Below, in pieces: positions 23,388 through 36,569 of a stretch of 64,000 bases of DNA (its first letter is position 1; the number at the start of each line of letters is the position of its first letter). The stretch is from NCBI RefSeq assembly GCF_964355755.1, contig NC_092672.1:26542437-26606436 (forward strand). Reading direction: 5' to 3'. Made by a program: the position numbers and the translations under genes. The stretch comes from Antedon mediterranea. Taxonomy: Eukaryota; Animalia; Echinodermata. The notes below the pieces were generated by a model. It saw nothing but the letters and a program-made list of their open reading frames with translations. It was not told the origin of the DNA and searched no databases.

Positions 23388-25523
23388 CAGTGGGAAAGCC
23401 ACTTCGCGTTTTGACCGTTAAATCGTGTAAAATCGACTTACTTCCGCATTGACGATTTTGAAGCGCCACCTATCGTTGAAAACTGAAACCATGATTTTTC
23501 GTCGCCTAGCAAATAAGTGCTGTTTTATTTTAAGCTCTCATTAATATTTAAGAACCGCCCAACATTACCTATTATGGTAAAAGCATTTCCTAATAAGTAT
23601 AATTGAATATCCAATCGGTTTCCTTCAAAGAAACCGAAGCTAATACAATACATTCGGCGACTGAAGTCGGGACTCGTGAAATTTATAAATGTGGTACGAT
23701 TTGACTACTGTTTTGTTGTCCATTTTCTGAATAGTCGGAGGTGCATCCCAACAAATTAAAACAATTATAATCAATTGTTTTATCAAGAATAATATTAGTT
23801 TAATCGAGTATGATATATTTCTATCCTGTTCAAAATTTGTTGGTGTATTCTCAGGCCTCGAAAGGTAGGTACATTTTCTAGCTGTGAGCGTGGTTTCGGC
23901 AACGCGAGACACGTGTGTCAGTATAGGCGATAGCGAGACGTGCACGTTGTACTGTGTTGATGCTGATCCGATAGTCGTTAAGTTGTACTGATTACGAGTA
24001 TCATTGGTCCTGGCCGGCCTAGCCTGGTGATCTGATCCCCCCAAAAAATACTTTTTTTTCAATCAGTATTAATATTATTATTTTATTTTTCATTTATTAT
24101 TTGATTTATTAGGCTCAATAGATGCCTAGCTAGGCTACTAGTAGGCCTAGATTATTATAAATAATAATAGCAAATACTGTAATATTAATTAATAAAATAC
24201 AGCTTCCATTTGACATTAACATTTTTTTTTAATAATATTTATTATTTTTTCTGACACTTTCAGGAATCGTTGATGATGCAGAGTTCTTTGTCTTTGTGAC
24301 TTTAAACTGAGAGTGAAGTGGATAAAAAGATGACACCGGTACCTACCGACATTGTCATACCCAAACTATAGTTTAATTATTTAAAACAAAATGTTGAATT
24401 ACTTGTATGTTGCAGAGGATAGATGAATTACAATACAAATATTTATGTTGAATGCAAACCTACTACACTATACTCTGCAAATTATGTTATTGCATGGAGT
24501 AACTTTACTCCATGGTTATTGTCATGTGGTAGACCTTAAAAATTGAATATTTATTGTATGTTAGGCCTATTTTATATTTTATTAATACTGTATTAGTTTA
24601 ATATTACTATTAATTTATATTATAGAGTACTAGTTTGTACATGTTTTTACCCAAAAAAAAAGAATAAATAATTTGTTATTCAATCTAATTGCTTGTTTGT
24701 TCATCAATAACAAAACAATTGAAAGCAAGTATATAACAGTTCTTGTTAGCCGGTTATTTCAGGTCATATTATTAATATTAGCTAGGCCCGACGCGCCCGA
24801 TCACAACGTCACTAAGTGACTTTCCGCCCCTGGAACAATCGCTCGCTAATAGGGCTAGGCCTCGGACTCGTATAAAAGCTATTATAATAGTTATGATAAA
24901 TATTCCTCAACTAAAATGTATACTGTGATAAATAAACAAGTAATAATATACGTTGTATTGGAATGTTTTTATTTATATGAATTCTTATACGCGGACAATT
25001 ATAAACCTCGCGTATATCGTTCGCTATAAATAAATTCATAAACACGATGACGATGTGTTTACAAAATGGCGGTTTCGCTAGTTTTCGATGGAACAAATAG
25101 TGGTACCTTTAGTTTGAATAGTCGGAGCTGCATCCCAACCACCGAATTTTGTATCTTAATATCGTATTCTGTAGATTATTAATTTTTCTAACAGGGATTT
25201 TAAATTCAGGACTGTTCAATTTTTCTAAATATTTTATTTTAACGATTTTCTAGGGTACAATTTCGGAAAAAAGACATTGGTTGATTTTGCCGTTAAATTA
25301 CAGATTATCGTTTTGTTCAAATACATTTAATTTTACATGACGATATATTAAAACCATTTATGAATTTATTTCACTAACAATATTTTTCCGATAATCAGCT
25401 AAATTTACAAATATTGTGTTTTTCCAACACCCTAAAATTTAGCAATTTTGAACTAAATTAGAAAAGTAGGGCGCCCTCTCCGAGTCGAAATTTGACACGA
25501 TTTGTCGACTGGCTGTCCCACTG
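23388..25523. mobile_element. Nested non-autonomous DNA element, short TIR, 4-bp TSD
   Basis: CAGTGGGAAAGCCA ... TGGCTGTCCCACTG flanked by TTAT on both sides; superfamily not assigned. Confidence 0.55.
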
Positions 25524-25794
25524 TTATGGTATTGTAGCTAGCCCATGGCTAGCCTAGCCAAGCTTGTGTAGGCCTATGGATGCAATGTATTACTTTTGAA
25601 TTTAAAATGATTATGTACATTAGGAATTCCTATGCACAGTGTATGTTTTTTATACCTTTTAAAATAATATTAAATTAATATTTATATTGTAAGGTAATGG
25701 AAATTTTACGTTAACGATGTACGTATTATCCCCAATCATGAAAAATAAAGATTTCAGACTTTTAATAATAGGCCATTTTTGGAGTTTTAATTAA

Positions 25795-26351
25795 AGATGT
25801 ATTGTCCCTTGAAACACAAAAAATGAAGTTCAAAATATTCTAAATTTAAATTGGCCATATCAAATTAATATTAAAGTTATTCACTTTAAGTCGAAAATTT
25901 GAGCCAAAAACAATATTAAGTTTACGTAATTAACAGGTAAATTAAATAAATTACATTTCGTCTGGAAAATCGTCGCAAAGATCGTCGTAAACAAAGATTT
26001 CAAACCACAAGTAGTATGCATTATGCATGATGCTAATTAGGATTGTTTACCACCTGTCACGGTAGAGAAGGTGTTTTCACACAGATCGCTAGGAAGTTTT
26101 ATGATTATGCATACAGAGTAGCCAAACAAGCGTGTTGCATTATGAGATATGTTTTGATCGAAAACTTTGACTGGAAGTCAAAGTTATTTTTTGAACAAAA
26201 AAAAACGTCTGTATTTCAGTTAAATGATTTTTTTTTCGACTAATTTTAGGTGAAAGTTAATAACTGTTATGATACTTCAAAATGACCCACATTTTTTCGA
26301 AATATAACATTTTAAATTTTTTTTTGAATTAGTCAAAGGGACAATACATCT
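25795..26351. mobile_element. TTAA-target MITE (Kolobok-like)
   Basis: TTAA|AGATGTATTGTCCCTT ... AAGGGACAATACATCT|TTAA. Confidence 0.7.
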
Positions 26352-27499
26352 TTAAGTTATAGGCCTACAACTAAGATTATTGTTTATTATGTGTATATGT
26401 AATTTGGAAAATCATAAAAAATACATGCAAAGTAAAAAACATTCAATTACGGTACTGACACGACTACAAATACATTATTTTATAATAACACATTTTCCAG
26501 GAAGCTTATAAGTGATACTATCATCTTATCATGAAGATCGGTTTTCTGTATTCTTATTCTTGATTTTATTTTTTTATTATGGTTTCTGAAATTAATTAAA
26601 AAAAAAAATTGTTCATTTTAATTCAAAATTTCCACCGGCCAAGATATCAATAATGATTAAATTAACACAATATTAAACGCTTTATTAAGCAAGCATGTAT
26701 TTCTATACATTACAACTTACAAGAATAGGCCTACATGTTACTATGATCTATAATAGGCCTATAATTCATTTCAAATGTTACACTTAAAAACCCGAAGAAA
26801 ATTGTAATTTTCTTGATAAAAACATCTGTTAGTGTTACTGTACATATAATTTCTAACCTGCTACTTCATTTTATTAAAATAAAAAATAGTAGGCCTACTG
26901 TAGCTGGAAATGTACTACATTGAAGCACACGTACGTAGGGCTAGGCTAGCTAGGCCTTGCTTGTGACGACCAACAAAGTGCTGCTGCTGTGTGTGTGTTA
27001 ACTGTTTGTGAATCTGATGGTACATACATTGGTTTGTGGCTGCCTATACAGTATTATATTATTAAAATTATAGGCCTATTATTATTATTACAATGAGGTT
27101 CAGTACTACTATTAATATGTACAGTATTATTATATTTACAGTGAGTATATTAGGCCTAGCCTAGTATGTATAAATCTGTCACTCGTGCAAAAAAGCTGCT
27201 CACGTTTTGTCTTGTGGTTGCTTTCACGCATCAGTGAGCATCGGTGGCTTACCGAATAGTGGATTGAGTCCGAAACGACCCGATGGAGGAACTCTCGTAC
27301 GGAAAAAAAAATCGCTTCCCGTACGTGTTTGATCCAAGATGACCGGTGGGTAATAATTTATGCATCGCATTGAGAGCTTGCTTATTGCGTTATATAAGAA
27401 TAAACTATTATAATATAGTGTGTTTATGCTGATTTTGGTTTGGTTTTTGTTACGTTTGCGGAAGTAATTGACTTTGGTAAAAACTACAAAATGGCATCA

Positions 27500-30400
27500 A
27501 AGTCCGATTTATTAGCCAGGTACGTCCCAAGAAGACTACTCATTCAGAAGCTAAAAGCAGCAGTAATAGTTCTAGAGGCCGACGTTGTTAGTAGGCCTAC
27601 TTTTTAAACTAGGACGGGTCATGCTAAAATTACAAACCCCCAAAGCACGTCTGGGAGAAGAGAGTTTGTCAACATAGGCCAGTATTATAATAATTCACTG
27701 TCAAATAATAATTAAAACATTATTTCTGGTATTTACAATAAGTCCCATTGACTGTCAATCTAGACCAGATCAAAACAGTCCATACAGTAATAGTAAAGTT
27801 TTTGTTTGTAATAGAATCAATTTGTTCACACTTGAAGCATTTAGTAGGCTTGATGAAGTGACCCCCATACTTGACCTTAGCAATAAAATAAACTAAAGTG
27901 ACAGCAGAAATTGAGTCTGTTTAGTATATAATAAAGTAATATTATTTAGACATCATTTGTATTTAAATTATTTAATAAGCACATCATATTTTACAGAATC
28001 AGTTTTTTTTTTCAATTTCAATTGCACAATTATGACATATCAAAGAATATGTGACAATAACATGACACATTAAAAAACAAATTTGAAATAAAAAATATTT
28101 TTCAGGGGGACGATATATCTTTAAAACTGTTACGTCAACAAGCGAGCAGCGTTTGTAAGAACTATTTCTTATGATCGAAAATGAAGGTATGCACGATAGA
28201 GGGCGTCATTTATATAGTACAAACCAAGATGGCGGCGCCCATAGGTGATAGAGATGGTGGGAAAACGGATGATTTGTATTCAATACTAAACGCAAGAAAA
28301 GATGTAATTTTTTATATTTAAATACATTTTTGCATGTAGATTTTGTCAAGTTTGACTTGATAAATTAAAAGCTAGGCCTAGGCCCTAGGCCTAGAGTCGT
28401 TTTGTTTAGTGGAGATAATATGTGTGTGCACGTACATATGCAGCCAGACAGAGAGACTCTCTCTGTAACTGTAGCCTGTCTGTAGGCCTAGAGGCCATAG
28501 ATAGCGTCTGTGTAGGAGACCTCTGACTAGGCCTAGGTCTATATTACCACTCAGCTTAGGCCTATCACTACCTCTCTCTTTCTGATTTGAACTTCTAGGT
28601 GCTCGAATGGTCTATACTAAGCCCTAGGCCTAGTAGGTTAGGCTAGTCCTGGTTTGATTACTGTTAGTTTACCCTAACTAACTAATCACACAGTCATGTT
28701 AATAATTATAACTAGATTTAATTCGTCACTATGACGAATTATAGGTTATATGCATTGATTTAAATAAAGATAATTGATTGATTTAAGATATATTGATTGA
28801 TTGATTTTCTCAGAATCGTTAGTTATTTATAATATATTATAGGATCTTGCTAACACAAATACAATAGCCGGTCGGTATCATAATCCGATCAAAGATCCTT
28901 CTGCGTATATAATGTCAAAAATCACATTTGTGTTTTTATTTAGATTTCATTATAAATCATGTGTATAATATATACACTAAGAAATACAATTGAACAAACA
29001 ATACGGATAATAAAAAAAAATCTTATTTCGTTTCGTTTCCCAAGGTGAGACTCGAACACGGTACCTTGAATGCTATAGACACGCGCAAAGACCATCGAGC
29101 CATACACAACTGATTAAAGTTATGGAAACATTCCTCCGTGTATTTACTATGCAGTAACCACTTTTGTGCAGTAGATTATTACATACCGCAATGAATTATA
29201 ATGTTTTACTATGATGACATCTTTAAAATTTAAAAAAAAATGATGCACTGTCAAACTATATACTTTTAACTTTAATATATAAACTTCTTAAGGAAGAAAG
29301 TTAATGTTAAGTTTGTTATTTCGGCCTAAGAAAATGTTATAATTTGTTTGATTGTCAAAATTAATTTTTTTTAATTTAATATGCCATTAATGATGACTTA
29401 ATCAACTTTTTTTCTCCTAATTTCATAATAAATCGTATCAGGGTATGATACATACACTTCAAGAAAATGAAATAAAAAATAGGTGTTCCCGAGCATTCTA
29501 ACGATATATTAATTTTAAAATTTAGCATATTTTCACCATTTTGTTATTTTATTTTTTTATTTTATTCAGTTGTCAACCAACAGCGATGAAACCGCCACTA
29601 ACAGGTTGACTTACACGTGCGTAGCCTGTCACTTTTGACGTGCTCATATAACGCTGTTTCGCGTTGAAAAGTGAATAAAATATGATGATATTATTAAAGA
29701 AAGGTTATACAACAGTAATCGGACAAAAAAAGTGCGCATTAACGTTTGACGCGCAGTGCGCGTGCAAAGATCTGCGCACTCATGGTAATTTTTTCAACGC
29801 TTAAAATTGCCTGAAACGTACTCTAATTTCATGGAAAATAAATTCTGACAATTTTGAACATTTTAAGCGCGCGTACGCATGCGTTATATGCGCTATGCAC
29901 GTAATTGTATTGCCATATGATGAAATATGACCTGAAATTTATGAGTACCAAATTTTGTTTAAAAATGATTCATGCTTGTGAAGATATGATTTCAAACGTG
30001 ATTTCATTAAATCGCGCGTAGACCGCAAAATGTTTGATTGCGCACCGTGAAAACATAACCACATCGATTCCTGGCCATAAGGAATATACTCTGAAAAATT
30101 GACTTCTAGATGAAACTGATATCAAGATAATTCACGGACAAAATAGTGCAAGGAAAGAATAAATAAATAAATAAATAAAGATCCTGACAGAATCAAGAGG
30201 TTTATAATTATGCATATCATGCATATAACCTAATTAAGGATTGTTAGAATTGATAGTTTGCTTCTCAATACAAAGAGCAGTTGTTGTGTTATGTATGGTT
30301 AACAAACAATGACCTCATTAGTGTAGTATAAAGTTTTACATAATTTTTCTTATAAGAATAAGACATATAATTTATTTTAATGCCATTTTATATAGGCATC

Positions 30401-31200
30401 TGAAGATGAGCTTAAGTCATCTTATCGACGTCTGTGTATGTTATACCATCCTGACAAACACATGAACTCAACAGATAAAGAAGCTGCAGAAGTGATATTC
30501 AACAAAGTGCAAAAGGCTTATGCAAGTACGTATTACGTTAGACTATTCTTTTGCTTGAATATAATTGCACGGCAGATCTCTCATTGTACTGGTTATATAC
30601 AACAATAACAAGAAATATTTCTTACAAAAAACGCTGCTCGCTTATTGAAAAATATTTTTTATTTTAAATGTTTTTGAATGTGTCATTTTATTGTCACATA
30701 ATAGTTATTTTACCTGAAAAAAATGTAATTTAAACCAACAAATACTTAAATTGTCGGTCAGACAATGGTTTTTGGGTTTCTTTTCGTTTTTTATATGTGA
30801 ATAAATATTTTTTTTTTTTGTTACAGAAGTGAATACTCAATTTCTGTCACTTTAGTTAATTTTATTGCTAAAGGTCAAATCTGGGGGTCACTTCATCACC
30901 CTAGATATTTCAATTGTGAAGTATCCTATTACAAACACAAACTTTAATGGACTGTTTGGATAATAATTCAATGAATATCTGACAGTGAATATACCAGAAA
31001 TGCTTAGGGATTTGTAATTTTAGCATGACATGTCCTAATAGACTCTTTCCCAGACGTTTTTTGGGTCTACTGTAGCAGCTGGAATCAATAAATTATAGTG
31101 GAGTTTCCATTTTCACAAAACTGTCTGTCCTTAGAACTATAACTGCTGCTTGCTTTAGCTTCTGATTGAGTAGTCCTAATGGGACGTAGCGGGCTAGAGC
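27500..31200. repeat. Two diverged inverted copies of a repeat family flanking DNAJC11 exons 1-2
   Basis: ~27520-28170 matches the reverse complement of ~30610-31190 in several blocks, e.g. GATGAAGTGACCCCCA/TGGGGGTCACTTCATC and AAGCGAGCAGCG/CGCTGCTCGCTT. Confidence 0.6.
28225..28237 (+). promoter_or_regulatory. YY1-type motif overlapping the DNAJC11 start codon
   Basis: CAAGATGGCGGCG matches the YY1 consensus commonly found at housekeeping-gene starts. Confidence 0.45.
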
Positions 31201-32999
31201 GGCAGCGTGAAAAACCTTTTATTATTCAGTATAGGCTGCCCAGTTTTATGTTATAGAGGCTGGATTCGTACCTTACTTTTTTCTAGCTCCTTCCTATGCT
31301 AATGTCATTTACTATTATTGTTATAATTTTATAATAAAGAAGAAATTAATATAAATTTGAATTGAGTTGAATTGAAAATATTTACTGTCTATTACTGTAC
31401 GTAATAAAACATTCAGTCTTACTGAGACTTTCAGAGATATTCATAGTTTTTATAACAGCAAAAACATTAATAAATAAAAAATACGAACATTTTAATAGCA
31501 ATTGAATAGTCTGCTGAAGAACAAGAAAAAGAATGTAATACTAGTATATATTATTTGGTTTTTAAAAATAATTTCTTATTAAAGTTTTAAATTTCTACAT
31601 ACAAAGATTGTAAAGGAATATGTTGTAGCATTTATACTCAACAGACTCAGTAATAGATTTAACATTGATCTGAGATATATCTGATTCATGATTGGCAAAT
31701 GTGATATTTTATAGTCCCTACTGCTACATGATAGATTAAGCTGTGATTGTGTTAAAGTTATCTGTCTAAAAGTAATATCAGTAGTATTAATCAATTATTT
31801 TGTATTTATTCCAACCAACCATTCTGTAGTTCTAAACGACCCACAGAAAAGAGCAATTTATGACATATATGGAGAGAAAGGTCTTGAGGCAGAATGGGAT
31901 GTTGTGCCACGAACGACGACACCGCAAGAGATAATGGAAGAATTTGAACGATTAGAACGTCAAAGAGAGGAGCGACGATTACAACAAAGCACCAATCCTA
32001 GGGTACTTTCAAAGTTTGGCTTTCACTTGATTTTTAAATTTTAAAGATGTGTGATGTGCCCAAATATGGTAGTGATATGCCCAAGTATGGTAATGATATG
32101 ACATCATCATGTCCATTATGGGCATATCACATTTGTTTCTTCACATAAAATATGATAGTGTAGATGGAGTTTAACAGATTCAAGATATAACAGGGCAACT
32201 GTTATCAGTTTTTCAGGTTTCAATATACACCCTTGATACTAAATTAATCTTCCTATCACGTCAATTTATTTGTTTAATCCATGTTTAAAGCTTGCTTTTC
32301 TCTTGTTTTAAATTTTTTTTTTATTTTGGTGTTGTATTCTAAGTATAACCTATTAAGTCCTAGTGTCTAGTGGAGTCATTCTAGTGGTGAATTGGCCAGT
32401 ACACCGGTACTGCATTCTTTAACATGCACATGAGCACACAGAACCAACACCTTGTAGACGATGCGTTATCTACAAGGAAACCTACGTGTTTCACTGTCTA
32501 GCTCATAACACAGTGACACAGTTTAGCTGACCACGCTATATGCTGCTCTTTTATTGTTTGGTCCTGCGCTCATTTTATAGGCATGATTACTGTGGCATTA
32601 TTTCACAGTATTTTGATGCAATAATGGCCAATTGACCAACCCCTGTAATGTCTTGAAGTCTGAACCCTGTATTGTCTTGAAGTCTGAACCCTGTATATGT
32701 TAAAGTTTAATTTTAGCAATGCAATGTAATATTCAAGATTGGGAGAATCATGTAAAATGTATTGTTGAATTACTTTACTAATGTTCTATCTTTTGTGTGC
32801 CAAAATGTTTGCTTGGATCCACCTATACAGTGTCATTCTTTGTATCATTAAACATTTTGTATTAAATTGTTTTTTGTTCAGGGGATAATAAGTGTTGGTA
32901 TTGACGCCACTGATGTCTTTGACTATTACCTTGATCCTGAAGAAGAAAGGTAACTTACTCATACAATATCAACTTTAAATCTATTTATTAATGTTAGGG

Positions 33000-33263
33000 T
33001 TATTATTATTATTATGTTATTTATATAGCGCATTCCACAACCAATGCGCTGTGGACTTTATAGATGTTACAATTCCAAGTACATGCCTCTCCAGTGGCTG
33101 TGGTGCGAGCCAGTACACCGGGGTAACCACCTACCTATGGTTTATAGTCCTTAACCGAGAAGACACGCTTTACCACTAGAACCATGGATCAAGTGAGGCT
33201 CGAACACAGGCCGATATTATGGCTATGGGTTCCACTGTCTTAACCGCTCGGCCATTTACTCCC
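33000..33263 (-). mobile_element. tRNA-derived SINE (second family)
   Basis: A box TGGCCGAGCGG, B box GTTCGAGCC, tail GCGCTATATAAATAAC(AAT)n. Confidence 0.65.
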
Positions 33264-36074
33264 AAAAGAAAATGGAATTTTTATTTGATCAGGATTAATT
33301 CCTTAACATGAAATAGGATTTTAATAATTTAATAACCCCTTCGCCTATTTAATTTAAAATTAACTACCCTTATTTCATCTTCAGGGCTACAATGTACCAT
33401 ACTACAAAAGCAACTAGTACTGAAAATATTCCTACACCATTTTCTCTCAATACTCATTGAATGAAGTATTAATATTGATCCCAACCCAGACTATAGTCCA
33501 CCATGAATCTATACAATATTTTTAATTGTTTAATGCAATCATGTACATGGAATGCGTTTAATTGAATCAATTCATTTGTTTTTTATAATAATTTAATAAG
33601 TTGATAAATTTGATAAATTAAATCTTGAATGTTTATTTCAGGTCATTTCCAAGCATTGAGATAAACAGTATGGCAATAAACCAATCAATAGACTGCCCAC
33701 TAACGACCTCTGACACAGCAACACTTACAGGAAGCCTGACCACACGGAATGGCAATGGATCGGGAGAGATATCGACATCATTCCGTAGGGTTCTGTCATA
33801 CCAATCTTGGGGAGAAGTAAGTGAAAAGTTTTATTTGTTCAGTTTATTTTACTATTATAATACAGTATTGAAAAGGTATTTCATTATTGATATTATAACA
33901 TACCTGATTGTATTCTTGCGATTGGATTGGTTAATTACGTATCACATGTCATTTGGAATTAGCCCTACCTAATGGAAAAGTGATATCTAATGGTGATAAT
34001 TAAATCACTCTAAAGCACGTTGTTGACTGATCGCTTGCCATCTGTACTGTTCTACTCCGCAACTAAATTTAGAACAGTGACTTTTTTAAAGGCCTAGCTT
34101 CCCAGCCTAGCAATGCATTCATCAATGATTTTCAATCGATAAATTGAATAAAAGTAGGTGTGATATAAACAACATAAATGGAGAGAATATTTCTTTCAAT
34201 AAAAATTAACTGCTTTAATTTCAACTTGGCTCTGCCTTGTTTAAAATAGAATCAACTTATGAAATATTCTCACCATTCAACTTATAAACATTCGTTGTTT
34301 GTATAATAATTTATCTAAAACTTCATGGCATGCCCATAGACATATTAATAAGAACTATTATACAGATATTGCCTGCTTAGAGGTGAAATATAAGATTTTA
34401 CATCCCCAAGGGAATGATATTATGTTCGAGGGAATATATATTTCCCAGAGAACATAATATCATCCCGAGGGGATGTTAAATCTTATATTTTACTGATACA
34501 AATGGCGATATCTGTTATATTACATAGGCTCATAGCCAACAACAAATAGAATATCTGCTGGGTCGGGTAGCTAGGCTAGGCCTCCTTTTTGTATTGTATG
34601 TGTAAACAAGCTGCCTAGACACCGTACCTTGCAAAGAATAATATACAGATAATTACTAATTAATGATTCCTTGGCAATAAAATATTCACTAGCCTAGGTT
34701 GTTTAAATAATAACAGAAGAATTTCCATCAATAAGCCTACATTAATAATAATAATATTATCAGGTAGGCCGAATAAATAATAATTCATCTTCTTCTAGCC
34801 GAATCACCGGATGTTCAGTGCGTCGCACGCGTACCGGTTACTACTGTGAGTATTAACCAATCACAAACGGTCTTTCATCACATCTAGGGAGGACTAATAA
34901 CAAATGAGGGCTATGTATGCATAGTTTAAATAGTTTAGTTGATTAATTTCTTCAAGCAAGTTTCGTGGCGCAGCGCATGAAGCGTTGTCTTCTGATGGAG
35001 TGACAATTTCATCGCGAGTTCAAGACCCAGTAGATGACTTTTGTTTATTTATCGGCAAACGCGAAAATTTGCTGGATTTTATATGTTTAATGACAGGGAC
35101 ACGATAATTACGCGAAAATTACTCAGTCAATATCATCGTACTCGAGGATATAAATTATATGATTTACGATCCTCACAGCGGTAGTCATGTCATGCAGTTT
35201 TAACCAATCACGTTCACAAATTTACATAGGCTATGTTGTATAGTCAAATGAAACACAGTCACAGATCGACAAGCATTCCATTATGGAAAAGTACCACCAA
35301 TTTTTGTACTGTTTGTTTATCTTCAGGTTCAAGTTACAGGTGAAAATGGTCCTCAAGTTGGTCTTAAAGTCTTCAAAAATTTTAATCGTAGAAGGTTGGT
35401 TTGGTTAATCATCATCATAGTTTGCTTCATGAATATTATACCTTTTTTTGGCCTACTGTGTATGGAACAAGGGTGTAGAATCCAAAATTTGACAAGATCC
35501 ATTGTCACGTTTACTCCCTAGCTGCTCTTGTTATCATCATCATCATCATCATCTCTCTTTCATATTTTATTTTCTATATTTTTTATAGCTTTTTCAAACA
35601 CATAAAAATTAATAAAATAACATTTTGAATAAGCCATTTTGTAATTTTAATCAAATTAATCACTTCAGTCTCTGTTATGTACTGTATGTATTTTATTTTC
35701 TATATTTTTATAGTTTTGGTACAATGTCTGGAATATGTCAACTTACACCTCATGGCTTTTTAGCTCCAGCACTCATTACAGGTAAATCATTTATAATTGT
35801 ATATATCTGAAAGTTTGACCAACAATTTTTTTTTTTTTTACAATTGACTACATTTGTAGAATTTGATTATATTTGATAACAATTCATATTCATCCTCTTC
35901 AAAAAAAGGGTGTCGTAGCTCTGTGGTTTTCATGCTATAGTCAATGACCAATGGCCGTCGCAAACCATAGCTATACAATCGGCACAGGTTCAAGGTGTTT
36001 TGTATGATGTGTGTAAATTTCTGAATATTTGTAGGTGTAATGTATGAAGTGTGTTTTTATATGTTATACAAATA

Positions 36075-36393
36075 ATTAATAATAATATAATAATACCACA
36101 TTTATATAGCGCCCTTTTCATGAGTAATCATGCTCAAAGGCGCTTTACAAGCATTATTACCCCAGTATTTTTTGGGATCAAACACGTATGGAAACATACT
36201 CCCATAATGCAGCCGGTAACCAGCGCAAAGTTGTGTCTAGATCTAACTGGGTACCCATTTATACACCTGGGTGGAGAGAGGCAACGTAAGTAAAGTATCT
36301 TGCCTACGGATACAAGCAATGCGGCGAGAGTTGGATTCGAACCTAGGTCTGACGATCGGTAGTCCAACGTCCAACACACTGCGCCACACGCCC
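36075..36393 (-). mobile_element. tRNA-derived SINE, full length
   Basis: A box TGGCGCAGTG, B box GTTCGAATCC, central CTCTCCACCCAGGTGTATAAATGGGTACC, (TAT)n tail. Confidence 0.8.
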
Positions 36394-36569
36394 TTACTTA
36401 ATTAATGTCTTCCGATGTGAAAGGAGTTTTAATATAGAGAAGAAAGATATTACCATACGTTTTACTATTTTGTAGTCGTAGCCAGGCAGTTAGACAAACA
36501 CACAATCGGCTACGTAACATGGAAATGGGGAATGCAGTCAGCCATGACATCTATGTTGATACGTGACAC

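Larger units (their letters stand above)
23049..27315. mobile_element. Non-autonomous TIR element with 9-bp TSD (Mutator/MULE-like)
   Basis: ~100-bp TIRs starting GCGATTTTTTTTTCCGTACGAGAGTTCCTCCATCGG. Exact 9-bp TSD TTCCCGTAC at 23040-23048 and 27316-27324. No transposase ORF. Confidence 0.75.
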
